DNA of 63,757 bases, filler included, from an uncultured Candidatus Sumerlaeota bacterium (GCA_964389675.1; 4 parts of 4 records of this genome joined end to end with filler, not necessarily neighbours in it); one strand, 5' to 3'. Counted from the first letter of the whole stretch, positions 1 through 9,961 are shown. Numbers and translations are program-made. Notes: a model not told the origin generated them from the sequence alone.

Positions 1-28
1 GGAGAAATCCACCTTGTCTATTAAAATT

Positions 29-55
29 TGTGTACAGATTTTAGGGCTCATTATA
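29..55. mobile_element. Possible IS3-family terminal inverted repeat (isolated end)
   Basis: Reverse complement TATAATGAGCCCTAAAATCTGTACACA resembles the two other IS-end-like motifs at 42059-42086 and 50026-50051; no transposase visible in the window here. Confidence 0.3.
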
Positions 56-217
56 TAACAGAGTATATGCCCATGCTATGATTCAAACTTTAATGAAAGA
101 TAAAGAAGGCTAATTAAATTACATTATTTTTTGAATCCTTTTATGATGTTATAAAAGATTTTTTGCTATAATCCTGTTTTTGGATTGGCAGATTGTTTTT
201 ATATACTATTCTATCCA

Positions 218-243
218 TGAATCAAAAAGAACCGTCCCTTTTG
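218..243. repeat. 26-bp REP-like direct repeat, copy 1
   Basis: TGAATCAAAAAGAACCGTCCCTTTTG, identical to 2430-2455. Confidence 0.9.
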
Positions 244-302
244 AGTTCCTTTTGCTTCGCTTGCATGCTGGGCCTCACAAATATTAAATTGCTGGCGGAT
301 CG

Positions 303-2381
303 CTATTGCCCGCCCCGGACCGGCCATACACAGCAGGTATTGGATTTATTGGAATCATCCACACACCCGTCGTGCGGGTAGACTCCCCACGCAATTTCCT
401 CATAGTAGACAAATGTAGTAGATGTCCAGTAGCAGAGAGCTTGAACACCGGTAAATGGATGGCCGTCAGGCAATGCGAGATAATAGTTTTCAAGGTCTAT
501 AAGGCTGTTAAGCTCCATAATATTGGGAAGTCTCCAGTCATTATGGCCTGCATGGTTAAGAGCATTGCAGTAGTCTATGGCACCATCCCGTGTCTTTTTT
601 CCGTCAATATCTGCATCTCTAGTCCACATAAGCCCTGTTAAATTGTCTGTTACCGTCCCGTCACCATTATCAGTAAAACGGGGATCGGGCCACTGGGTAC
701 CCATCTGGTAATCTCCATCATCTCCTTCACAATATGAGGTAGTCTGGCCTGTTACGGGTATGGGGGCATTACCATCTGATACACCGCGGACTGCCCAGAC
801 ATAACATGTATCAGTCTTATCGTAATGCAGCGATTCTCCCCACTTTATATATACATACCACGCATAAGCATTATTGCCGGCATAAGTGGATGATGACCAG
901 TAGTTTTCAGTCTGTACATCGGTGAAGGGATGGCCGTCAGGCAATCCGGGGCTGTATTTTCCCATGTCTAAAAGGCTTAAAAGCTCGCGCATGTTTGGCA
1001 TGCGCCAGTCAGAATAACCTGCATGATCCAGCACATTACACCAGTGTATGCCATAGTCCCATGTCATATCACCGTTAATATCTGCATCCTGTGTCCACAT
1101 AAGGCCGGTCAGGTTGTCCGTTACCGTCCCGTCACCATTATCAGTGAAACGGGGATCAGGCCACTGTACTCCTGCCTGGTAATAGCCGTCATCACCACTG
1201 CGATATGAGGCTTTCTGGCCAGTTTGCGGTACAGTGCTTGCAGGTGATGCAGATATAATAACTGACATGGCATTTGTATCACCTGAGGGAAGAATGTATT
1301 CCCAGGTATTATCAGCATGCCTGAGCCATATATCGCCTGACGCGCTTGCACATGCCAGAAGGTCATCCTTATCATGATTTGTGAACCTGCCTGCAAGCAT
1401 TGTCTTAAAAGGCATGTGTATGAGCGTTGTCCATGACATTGTGTCATAACAGAAATAGCTGGTCCTGCCCTGATATGCTATAAACAGCTCTTTCCCGGTG
1501 CCTTCTGTTATATCGCCTGCAGAGATACTTGTAGCTTCATCAGGCACCCCCAATGTGAGCCTGTTGAACTGGATACCTTTACCGCTTTTATTTCCTGATA
1601 CCCAGATATAATTCTCCTTTATATCCCTCTCAGGGTCAAAGGGAGACCCTATTGCTAATTTCGATCCATTGTTCTTATCATGAACATACCTTATAAGGTA
1701 TACGCCAAGGCCCGGGAAAACTGCTGAGGCTTCATCATAGCCGTCGCCGGTAATGTCAGCGCTGATCACCTGGGATGGCGATACAACAGCTATCTTTACT
1801 GCTTCTCCTGTGTCAAAATCATAGACATAGGTCCCCTCAATGCCTGAAAAGGCAAAGACCAGTTCATCAGTCCCGTCAGCGGTAATATCATTACCTGCCA
1901 TGACTGAAGCAGTATAAGGGCTGATATTATGCCAGCCTGTGCCATACTCCAGGCAGTTAATGCCTGTATCTATTCCCTGAATTGCATTGCTGTTTGATAT
2001 TATGATCCTAAAGGTGCCTGAGACATCTGCCTGTGCCAGTGTAAAAGCAGTCAGGCCCGCTGATGGACCGCAGAGGAGATCCCAGCAATTTCCGGTTATA
2101 TCATAGATATAAAGAGAACCGTCAGAAAACCACACAACAAGGTCGAGGCTCCCGTCACCGGTTATATCTCCCTGCATCATCCTGTCAGCCGAGACACCCT
2201 CAAGTACCTTCTCCCATGCTGAGCCCTGGGACAGGTTATATCTCCATTGGTATATGCCGGTTTCTCCCTCCTGCTCTATGCTTACCATTGCAGGCATGAA
2301 TCTGTCTGACCCTGTATTATCAGCCGTCAATACAGCTGATAAAAGCATAAATGCAAAAATATAAATAAATGCTCTCCTCAT
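303..2381 (-). CDS. Secreted protein with FG-GAP-like repeats and two C-terminal DUF1566 (Lcl C-terminal, CLec-like) domains
   Basis: Signal peptide MRRAFIYIFAFMLLSAVLTA; GDITGDG/ADITGDGYDE motifs; two copies of TGQ..DDG..PRFTDNGDGTVTDNLTGLMW...DWR(M/L)PN..YW(S/T)S..VWxVRG; start moved to ATG 2381 behind a GGAGGAG RBS. Confidence 0.85.
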   Translation of the reverse strand: MRRAFIYIFAFMLLSAVLTADNTGSDRFMPAMVSIEQEGETGIYQWRYNLSQGSAWEKVLEGVSADRMMQGDITGDGSLDLVVWFSDGSLYIYDITGNCWDLLCGPSAGLTAFTLAQADVSGTFRIIISNSNAIQGIDTGINCLEYGTGWHNISPYTASVMAGNDITADGTDELVFAFSGIEGTYVYDFDTGEAVKIAVVSPSQVISADITGDGYDEASAVFPGLGVYLIRYVHDKNNGSKLAIGSPFDPERDIKENYIWVSGNKSGKGIQFNRLTLGVPDEATSISAGDITEGTGKELFIAYQGRTSYFCYDTMSWTTLIHMPFKTMLAGRFTNHDKDDLLACASASGDIWLRHADNTWEYILPSGDTNAMSVIISASPASTVPQTGQKASYRSGDDGYYQAGVQWPDPRFTDNGDGTVTDNLTGLMWTQDADINGDMTWDYGIHWCNVLDHAGYSDWRMPNMRELLSLLDMGKYSPGLPDGHPFTDVQTENYWSSSTYAGNNAYAWYVYIKWGESLHYDKTDTCYVWAVRGVSDGNAPIPVTGQTTSYCEGDDGDYQMGTQWPDPRFTDNGDGTVTDNLTGLMWTRDADIDGKKTRDGAIDYCNALNHAGHNDWRLPNIMELNSLIDLENYYLALPDGHPFTGVQALCYWTSTTFVYYEEIAWGVYPHDGCVDDSNKSNTCCVWPVRGGQ

Positions 2382-2429
2382 GTACTCCTCCAAAAATTTT
2401 TATAAATATTTTTCAAAATATCTGTTCTG

Positions 2430-2455
2430 TGAATCAAAAAGAACCGTCCCTTTTG
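2430..2455. repeat. 26-bp REP-like direct repeat, copy 2
   Basis: Identical to 218-243; lies just after the stop of the 2470-3675 gene. Confidence 0.9.
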
Positions 2456-2469
2456 CGTCCCTTTCTCTT

Positions 2470-3675
2470 CTATGTTTTTTCTGCCTCCATTTCAGCCCTT
2501 ATCCTGTCTATGCCTGAAAGGACCCTGAGAAGGTAAAGCAGTACAAATCCGTTAGATGCCAGGATAATGCCTATGATCATTCCCGGGATCATATTCGATA
2601 CCAGCATGGATGTTCCGAAAAGGATGGATAAAAGCCCCAGGGCAAGCTGAGTCGCAGACAGCCTTATAAGTATTGCAGGGACTGAATCCGCCGGCTTATC
2701 CCTCTTTTTCAGAAGGGGAGCTGTGACCTTTGCAACAGCAATGATACCGCCGAGGATATTAAGCACCCCCACCAGAATTGTCAGCTGGAGGACAAGTATC
2801 CCTGGAATAATGCAGGATACAATACCTGCTGAAGCAAATAAAAGCCCCAGAAGTACCATTAGCCATGTACGAGGGAAAGGGCCTACAGGTGTGCTTCCCA
2901 GTGCAAGCATCTGGACTGCAAAAAGGAACATCAGAAGCCCAAGCTGTGCGCTTGGCGAGAAAGGAAGAATTCCCATGCTTACAGGGATCAGAAGCAGTCC
3001 GAGGACTATCATGAAAAAGCTCATAAGCATGATCATAGCACTGTCAATGGGAAGTCCTTCATCTCCCTTTTTAGTCTTGGTATCTTCAGGATATTTAAGG
3101 TAGATTCTTTTCAGTACAGCTGAAAGATACAGGACTGCCAGGCCGTATATAATTGCGGTAACTGCCGTCATCTGTACGGAAAGAAGCCTGTGGAGCAGGA
3201 CAATAACACCTGTTATAATGGAAAGCAGATATACTGCTATACAGCCTGCGCTTAAATGATAGAAAATGCCCCCGTATCTTATCCAGGCCCTTAGCCTGTT
3301 CCTTGAAATGAATAATTGCAGTAGCAGGCACAGCCCGCCGATGCCGAAACAGGCAAAGAGCATTATACGGGGAAGGCTTTTGAAGATCCCCGGTATCATG
3401 GCTGTTACAACCCCGAAAATCGCAACAGCAAAACCTGCCGATATCAGAGGCTTTGACCTTTTTGCATTACCGAAGGGTGTTTTCCCCAGCACTATGGCCT
3501 GAAGGGCAAAAAGGACAAGGAATAATCCGTAAAGGCCGTTCTCATAATAGGGAAGTATCCCCATTGAGACAGGAAATAGCAGATAACCTGCTATCAGAGC
3601 GATCAGTCCCGCTGTAAGCAGTATGATTACCTCAAATGGAAGGTCTGCTGCTTTTAATATCCTGAAGCCTTTCAT
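2470..3675 (-). CDS. Polytopic membrane protein with internal duplication, function unknown
   Basis: About 12 hydrophobic segments; two halves share PVSMGILP..GL...LFA.Q...LG.TP.G; 3 bp from the SDR gene. Confidence 0.8.
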   Translation of the reverse strand: MKGFRILKAADLPFEVIILLTAGLIALIAGYLLFPVSMGILPYYENGLYGLFLVLFALQAIVLGKTPFGNAKRSKPLISAGFAVAIFGVVTAMIPGIFKSLPRIMLFACFGIGGLCLLLQLFISRNRLRAWIRYGGIFYHLSAGCIAVYLLSIITGVIVLLHRLLSVQMTAVTAIIYGLAVLYLSAVLKRIYLKYPEDTKTKKGDEGLPIDSAMIMLMSFFMIVLGLLLIPVSMGILPFSPSAQLGLLMFLFAVQMLALGSTPVGPFPRTWLMVLLGLLFASAGIVSCIIPGILVLQLTILVGVLNILGGIIAVAKVTAPLLKKRDKPADSVPAILIRLSATQLALGLLSILFGTSMLVSNMIPGMIIGIILASNGFVLLYLLRVLSGIDRIRAEMEAEKT

Positions 3676-3678
3676 TAT

Positions 3679-4485
3679 TTAATAATATGTTCCTTTTGTG
3701 CGATAGTTCTCACGCCTTTCTGCCGCCATACTGCGGGCGAATTTATCAAATTCCTCCCTGTTTTCCCTGTAAAGCCTGTCAAAATCTCTCATAGCCTGAG
3801 GGAATACTATAAGAAGGGATTTTTTTTCTACTTCCTCCAGTATATAGCTTACTGCTTCATCAACACTGACTGAATCAGGAGGAGGGGTCAAACCGCCGAA
3901 TATGCCGGTAACCACATTTCCAGGGCAGATTATGCTGAAGTTCAGGCCCTCTGTCTCAAGCTCATAATGCAGGCTTTCTGTCATTGATATGACTGCGCTC
4001 TTTGTTGCTGCATATACAGCCTGATAAGGAACAGGTACCCTTCCTGTTATTGATGCAGTATTGACTATATGCCCGTATCCCTGTTTGCGCATGATGGGTA
4101 TGGCGGTATAGGTGCCGTAGATCACACCCATAAGGTTGATATTTATAACTGTTCTCCATATATCAAATGTTATCTGCTCCGCAGGCAGTGTAAGCCCTAT
4201 GCCCGCATTATTGAATACAAAGTCAAGATGACCGTGCAGATCCCCGGCACTCTTTATCAGGTTCTCCACCTGGTCAGGCTTTGTTACATCAGCTGATAAG
4301 GCATGGACCCTGCCCGGATAATCCTTATTCAAGCGCTCTGATTCCTTTGTGAGATTATCCTGGTTCAGGTCGCCCATAAATACAGCAGATGCTCCTCTGG
4401 AAAGAAGATGCTCAGAGATGGCCAGGCCGATCCCTGATGCCGCCCCTGTTACTGCAGCTACTTTATTTTCAAAATATTTGCTCAT
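3679..4485 (-). CDS. Short-chain dehydrogenase/reductase
   Basis: TGAASGIG, NNAG and YAATK motifs. Confidence 0.95.
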   Translation of the reverse strand: MSKYFENKVAAVTGAASGIGLAISEHLLSRGASAVFMGDLNQDNLTKESERLNKDYPGRVHALSADVTKPDQVENLIKSAGDLHGHLDFVFNNAGIGLTLPAEQITFDIWRTVININLMGVIYGTYTAIPIMRKQGYGHIVNTASITGRVPVPYQAVYAATKSAVISMTESLHYELETEGLNFSIICPGNVVTGIFGGLTPPPDSVSVDEAVSYILEEVEKKSLLIVFPQAMRDFDRLYRENREEFDKFARSMAAERRENYRTKGTYY

Positions 4486-4503
4486 TGCCTGTCTCCTTTA
4501 TAA

Positions 4504-5304
4504 TTAAGGTAAAATTCTGGAGTCCCCGACATTAAGGCGGGCTGACCCTTTTGTCATGATCGCATTTCTGTATTTTACAACTGGCAGTTCTGCAAGTGCA
4601 TTAATTATAAACCATTGAAGAGGATGCTGTGCAGATGAAAGCTTCGTCCACAGGACAGATCCCTCGCCTGTCCATGCCTTATCCAGTACTGATTCCTGCG
4701 GATACAGTGTGGCATGGCTAAGGGATGCACCGCCCTTTCCGAGGTTGGGTATGTATCTCCATCCAAAAAGGTTGATCCTGGGATTCTGGTTTAATTTTTC
4801 AATATCTGCCTTTGAGAGCTCCTTTTTTGTAAAAAAATCAATCCTAATGAATGAATTGCTTTCATAGCTTGCGGCTGTAAGCCAGTGATCTTCAATATGC
4901 CGTTCAGATGAAATATCCGCAAATATCTTAGGCACACCGTCCTCCTCCCTGCCTCCGATGATGGGGCATGCCTTGTTCTCCCATACCACAAGCGCATATT
5001 CCCCGGCAAGCCCTTCAGAATTACCTATATACCTTACGGGCGAAGTGACCTGGATCAACCTGTATTCGCCTCCTGCCATCCAGTCGACCTCACGGCAGTT
5101 GCTGTACTGGACATTGACAACAGGCTCAAGCAGTTCAAAGTCCTCAGGTATGTATGACAGCAGTGCTTCAGGCTCAGTTTCATACTGAACTGATATTGCA
5201 GTCATATCCCTATAAACTGTTCTTACCGGATAGAACTGGTGCCCCCCGAAATGGACAGGCATTTTGTAGACAAAATCGTCCTTAAGCTTAAATTTCCCTT
5301 TCAT
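4504..5304 (-). CDS. Acetoacetate decarboxylase (Adc) family protein
   Basis: YKMPVHFG N-terminus; GGREEDGVPK containing the Schiff-base Lys typical of the family. Confidence 0.85.
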   Translation of the reverse strand: MKGKFKLKDDFVYKMPVHFGGHQFYPVRTVYRDMTAISVQYETEPEALLSYIPEDFELLEPVVNVQYSNCREVDWMAGGEYRLIQVTSPVRYIGNSEGLAGEYALVVWENKACPIIGGREEDGVPKIFADISSERHIEDHWLTAASYESNSFIRIDFFTKKELSKADIEKLNQNPRINLFGWRYIPNLGKGGASLSHATLYPQESVLDKAWTGEGSVLWTKLSSAQHPLQWFIINALAELPVVKYRNAIMTKGSARLNVGDSRILP

Positions 5305-5746
5305 AAATTCCCCTTTCCTGATAAATTTTGTGTGTAAAAGAAAGATCCAAGCTTTGGCCTGGCCCAGAAAATGCGGGAATTGGCAGGTTTTTTTATATCA
5401 CTTATTTATTACAAAAAATTATCAATAACTTTTTAAGCTTCTCATCAGGCTTAAATTGCATCTTTCTTCTATAAATAAACTGATACTTTCATTTGAATTG
5501 AATGTCAATACAAAATTAGAAACCTTCTTATCTATTAAAAAGTATTGCTTTATCCTAAAGGCAGCCTATGATAAATGAATGATAAGGCCTTTTCCATTGC
5601 CTGCGAAGCTATGAATCCCCAGGGAGATGTACAATAGATCCCCTGTCCTTAATTATGGATAAATAGTCCCTGGATGCTGTATTAAATTACCCATATACTG
5701 TAGAAAAGCCTTTGCCCTGTCCACTCTTTAGCAGTTCAGAAGCGTA

Positions 5747-6760
5747 CTATCCCTGAGCCTTTGCACCAAAGACGATCTTCCAGAAAAATAACTCAGCAGA
5801 ATAGATCTCGTTCTTTTTTGCCGGTACCCTTGCCAGTGAATACTTTGCCCTTTTTAAGTCAAAGATCCCCCCTGAGCGTTCTTCCGGCAGGACAAATATA
5901 CAGGAAAGACCGTAAGTGGTCTCTGATGTGATCCTTGCAACATCAGGCCATGCAAGGCTGATCTTCTTTAAATGGAAGCCGTCCTTATCAATCGTTGCTT
6001 TTGAGCCGAGCCCTCCTGTCAGGGTGACGGAAGGATTTCCTTCAAGCCATTTGTCAAGCCGTTCCTTTCTAGTCTCCCTGTAATTATAAAGCCCTGCGAG
6101 CAGGCTCTTTGCATTCTTCAGCTTTCTTAGCTCATAAGCAGAGCCCCTGTTGTTATAGTCAATAAGGATTATTTTAACGCCTGAGAGCATGTTCTTATTT
6201 TTGCCTGATATAAACTGCTCAAGCATTCTGTAGAATTCTAGAGCAACCTCTTCATCCATAGTATCAGGAAATAAATATGATGTCTCCTGTGTAGATGATA
6301 CAACCCTCCACTTAAATCCAGAGGGTACAACAAAGCAATATAGCCTTATATCTTCAAAGTTCCACTCCGAAGAACCAGTCAAGCCTTCCTTTATGCTGAT
6401 CTTCTGCACTTTTTCTTCCATTTCAAAGGGCTTTTCATCGCCTGAAACGCTTCCGGCTGTCTCTGTATCTTCAATCTCTGATGGTTTTTCCCTGTAAAAG
6501 GCAAGGACAAACGGCACGATAAAGGGAAGCAGAAGAGCACCGACCGCCCACAAGCCTGCCTGAAGCCCTGCTCTCCATGCATAACGGTAGGAAAAAAATA
6601 CATTCACTATGGTGGCAAGCGCCATTATCAGTCCCAGTACACCCATCAGATTCTGGAAGGACCTGTCGGTCTTTGACTTTTCTGATACAGCCCCCATGCC
6701 TATAAAGCAGAATAAAACGATCAGTGCCAGGACAACCATAAATATTCGGTTCAAACTCAT
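5747..6760 (-). CDS. Hypothetical membrane protein (3 N-terminal TM helices + soluble domain)
   Basis: Long ORF; AAGGAG RBS upstream of ATG 6760. Confidence 0.7.
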   Translation of the reverse strand: MSLNRIFMVVLALIVLFCFIGMGAVSEKSKTDRSFQNLMGVLGLIMALATIVNVFFSYRYAWRAGLQAGLWAVGALLLPFIVPFVLAFYREKPSEIEDTETAGSVSGDEKPFEMEEKVQKISIKEGLTGSSEWNFEDIRLYCFVVPSGFKWRVVSSTQETSYLFPDTMDEEVALEFYRMLEQFISGKNKNMLSGVKIILIDYNNRGSAYELRKLKNAKSLLAGLYNYRETRKERLDKWLEGNPSVTLTGGLGSKATIDKDGFHLKKISLAWPDVARITSETTYGLSCIFVLPEERSGGIFDLKRAKYSLARVPAKKNEIYSAELFFWKIVFGAKAQG

Positions 6761-6992
6761 ATTTATCTCCTTATAAATTTTTATGTCAGTCAAACATTTT
6801 TCAATTTTATTCTCATAAAATTTAAATATCAATACCCGAGAGCAAAATTTTTTTATTTAAGCAGAATATAATATATCCGCCAAATATACAGGAGCTTCAG
6901 CAATAGATGTTGGAAGTGGAGCTCTGCCTCAGATTATGCCTTTTCATTAAGCCTGTATAAGGCATTCCATGAGGTGTTTTATGATTATTATG

Positions 6993-7019
6993 GCAGGGGG
7001 CCTTTATAAAGCCCCCTGC
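6993..7019 (-). terminator. GC-rich hairpin after the 7033-9750 gene
   Basis: GCAGGGGGC...GCCCCCTGC stem 13 bp past the stop codon. Confidence 0.6.
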
Positions 7020-7032
7020 TTAAGGAAATGAT

Positions 7033-9750
7033 TTAAAGTATCCAGTTTACCCTTGTTGTATACTGCTTTGTCTCCCCGTAGGCTGAGACGGATTCCAGTA
7101 TGTACAGATAGTTGCCCTGGTTCTTTACATTGTCGGTATAGCTGTAGTAGCTGGGTTCCGGTGTGGTCCCGCTTCCCTCGATAAGGCAGTCGTTCAGTTT
7201 TACTGGCATATTTAAGACAAATGGGCTCAATTTCTTAAGGTTGAGCCTGTACAGATTAAATCCCAGATTATCTGCCTCAGATACTGTCATCCAGCTTATA
7301 TTTACAAAGTCGGCAATGCCTATGGCCATGAAATACCCCAGGTCTACAGGAAGCGGCATCTCTATATAGGCCAAGTCATTGTCCAGGTTGTAATCATCAG
7401 GGGTAATGTCGTCAAGAACGGCTGTGATAATATATGTATCCGGGATAAGGCCCGGGTCTGTAACCCAGTTCTGTGAGATATCAACATAATCCCCAGGGGC
7501 AAGCATGCCGAAGGCCTGTGTGCCTATAAGCACCAGGTCGATACCTGGTTCCATGCTGTAGTAAAAACTGCAGTTTCCTGATTCAATACCCGTATCCCCG
7601 AGATTATAGACCCTTGCACTCAAGATGACTGTATCACCCGGCATCGGGTCTGAAGGGGAAAACCCCATATCAGACGCAAGAACTGAAGCATCAGGCCCGT
7701 CCTTGAATGCTTTGATCTTTGCGATATAGATATCTCCACTTCCGTTATATGTCTGATCATAGCCGTTTGGCGTGGGTATTATGTCATATCTGGAGTTCAG
7801 TTCATCATAAGTTGTATCTCCGGCAATAATTATGTTTTTCTCCAGGTCGGCATTTACAGCATAGCCCATGTCGGTATTATTTCCCCCTATGAAGGATGCC
7901 CACAGAAGCTCATCTCCTGCAGAGCTGACTATAGCTGAATACATGTCAAATTCACCGCCGTTGTATTCTGTGTCGAAGCCATCAGGGGTAAGGACATTTC
8001 CCCCTGACCCCACAGACCCCATGAGGACAGCATTATCATCAGGATCCAGAGCCATCCCGTAGCAGATATCAAGGCCCTCACCTCCGAGGAATGTCCCCCA
8101 CAGGAGCTGGCTTCCTGTAGAATTCAGCTTTGCAGCGTAAAAATCAAAGTAGCCGCCTAAATATGCAGTTATAATGCCGTTTGGGACGGGAATATCAATG
8201 GATTGCGTGTCTCCGCCAATAATGATGTTATCACTGGAGTCGCATTTTACTGCATAGCATTCATCATTATTGGTGCCTCCCAGATATGTCCCCCAAAGCA
8301 GGTCTGTACCGTCAGAGGTAAGTTTTGCTATATACATGTCATAATTGCCGTTAAACACCGTGTCATATCCTCCCGGCACAGGCATGTCATCCGAAACTGT
8401 GCAGCCCCCCACGACAACATTCTCTGAAGAGTCCAGATCCAGGGAGATGCCGTAGTCAAAACTGTTGCCTCCGAGATAGGTCCCCCACATTACCTCTGTA
8501 CCAGCTGAATTGATCTTTGCAATGTACATCTTTATATAGTCATCGCCCATGGTATCATCATATCCGTTGGGAGTGGGTATATCGACAGAATCGGTAGCGC
8601 CTGTAAAGACTATATTATCATTGCTGTCAAGAGCCAGGCAGTTTCCTGCCAGGGCATATGTCTCAATACCGGACCCTCCCAGGTAGGTCCCCCATATCAT
8701 ACTGTCTCCCGCGGGGCTTATCTTTGCTAAATAAAAGTCAGATTCGCCTCCCAGGGAGTCATCCATAGCACCGGGCAGAGGTATATCGGTGGAGCTTGTC
8801 TCGCCGTATACAATGATATTGTCCCCGGAGTCTGCAATGATGGAGATTGCATCATCCCAGCTCGTTCCCCCTATATATGTCGCCCAGATAAGGTCGTTCC
8901 CGTCAGGGTTCAGTTTTGCGAAATACATGTCTATTTCACCTGAATAGGAGGTATAAAGTCCGTTGGGTACAGGTATGTCTGCAGATTCAGTGATGCCGGC
9001 TATGAGGATGTTCCCGCCTGAATCCAGTGCTATATGTGCGCAGTGGTCATAGAGAGCCCCCCCCAGGAAGGTCCCCCATATCATCTGTGCAGGGTCGCTC
9101 TTTCCCTCATTTTTTATCCCTTCTTCCAGTTTGATTATCGATCTGTTCAGGGTATCATAATCGCCGATATACTCTCCATTGCTTACAATCCTGAAAAAAG
9201 GCAGGCTTTCTCCCTCTGCCTCGATGTCCAAGTTTGCTATCATGCCTGGATCATCGGCTGATATTGTCCCCAGAGACCTGCTGCTGGCCTCAAGCAGGAT
9301 ATCTGTCCCATCTCCGATATTCCTGATCCGCAGTGTCCTGTAAGTGCTGATATTGCTTATCCAGTTATCCCGGTTGCCTGTTTTGAATATGTTTATCTTT
9401 GTATCAGTGCATTTCTCCTCTGAGATGTCAAAGAGGCTTATACCCGGGAACCTGATATAAGAGTTGTATGATTTGTACTCTGATGTATAATTTTTTCTCT
9501 TCTTATTAAATATTCCGGTTTCTTTGTGCGTACTGCCCACAGGCTCAATCTCCTGTATAACAATATCGTTCTTCCTGACATACACCCTTCCTGTGCTGGA
9601 ATCGCAATAATAGAGTATATCAGATGGCATCTGGCCCTGGTTCTTTATCCACAGGCCTGTCCTGAAATCAGCCTTTGAATGTATATCTCCCGCATAGGAA
9701 GATATCAGGAATAAAGAAAACAGTACAAAAAAGATAATAATTCTTTTCAT
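7033..9750 (-). CDS. Secreted SBBP beta-propeller repeat protein with CARDB and terminal LPVxL Ig-like domain
   Basis: Signal peptide; WIKNQGQ N-domain; about 7 repeats WGTYLGG..D...LDS.DNI...G.T.S.DIP.P.G..D.YIAK; CARDB-like P.PGDTV..SARV.N.G; LPVDLGYF...WMTVSEADNLGFNLYR. Confidence 0.85.
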   Translation of the reverse strand: MKRIIIFFVLFSLFLISSYAGDIHSKADFRTGLWIKNQGQMPSDILYYCDSSTGRVYVRKNDIVIQEIEPVGSTHKETGIFNKKRKNYTSEYKSYNSYIRFPGISLFDISEEKCTDTKINIFKTGNRDNWISNISTYRTLRIRNIGDGTDILLEASSRSLGTISADDPGMIANLDIEAEGESLPFFRIVSNGEYIGDYDTLNRSIIKLEEGIKNEGKSDPAQMIWGTFLGGALYDHCAHIALDSGGNILIAGITESADIPVPNGLYTSYSGEIDMYFAKLNPDGNDLIWATYIGGTSWDDAISIIADSGDNIIVYGETSSTDIPLPGAMDDSLGGESDFYLAKISPAGDSMIWGTYLGGSGIETYALAGNCLALDSNDNIVFTGATDSVDIPTPNGYDDTMGDDYIKMYIAKINSAGTEVMWGTYLGGNSFDYGISLDLDSSENVVVGGCTVSDDMPVPGGYDTVFNGNYDMYIAKLTSDGTDLLWGTYLGGTNNDECYAVKCDSSDNIIIGGDTQSIDIPVPNGIITAYLGGYFDFYAAKLNSTGSQLLWGTFLGGEGLDICYGMALDPDDNAVLMGSVGSGGNVLTPDGFDTEYNGGEFDMYSAIVSSAGDELLWASFIGGNNTDMGYAVNADLEKNIIIAGDTTYDELNSRYDIIPTPNGYDQTYNGSGDIYIAKIKAFKDGPDASVLASDMGFSPSDPMPGDTVILSARVYNLGDTGIESGNCSFYYSMEPGIDLVLIGTQAFGMLAPGDYVDISQNWVTDPGLIPDTYIITAVLDDITPDDYNLDNDLAYIEMPLPVDLGYFMAIGIADFVNISWMTVSEADNLGFNLYRLNLKKLSPFVLNMPVKLNDCLIEGSGTTPEPSYYSYTDNVKNQGNYLYILESVSAYGETKQYTTRVNWIL

Positions 9751-9911
9751 TGGGGAACCTCCCTGTTTTTTGGTTATTTGATTATTATACTCTTTTCAGT
9801 TAAGTCTTGCAATATATATTATATAAAAAATAAAAAAAATTTATCTGTTATCTGCAAAATTTTATAAACAGCCGATATTATGTATAAAGGCCATATCCAG
9901 CAATAGCCGGC

Positions 9912-9941
9912 AAAAAAAAAGGGGGGGAATGTTTCCCCCCC
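9912..9941 (-). terminator. Rho-independent terminator of the 9962-10705 gene
   Basis: G7AA-TGT-TTC7 stem preceded on + by A9, which is a U-tract on the minus strand. Confidence 0.85.
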
Positions 9942-9961
9942 TGAACATCAAGATCAATTCT

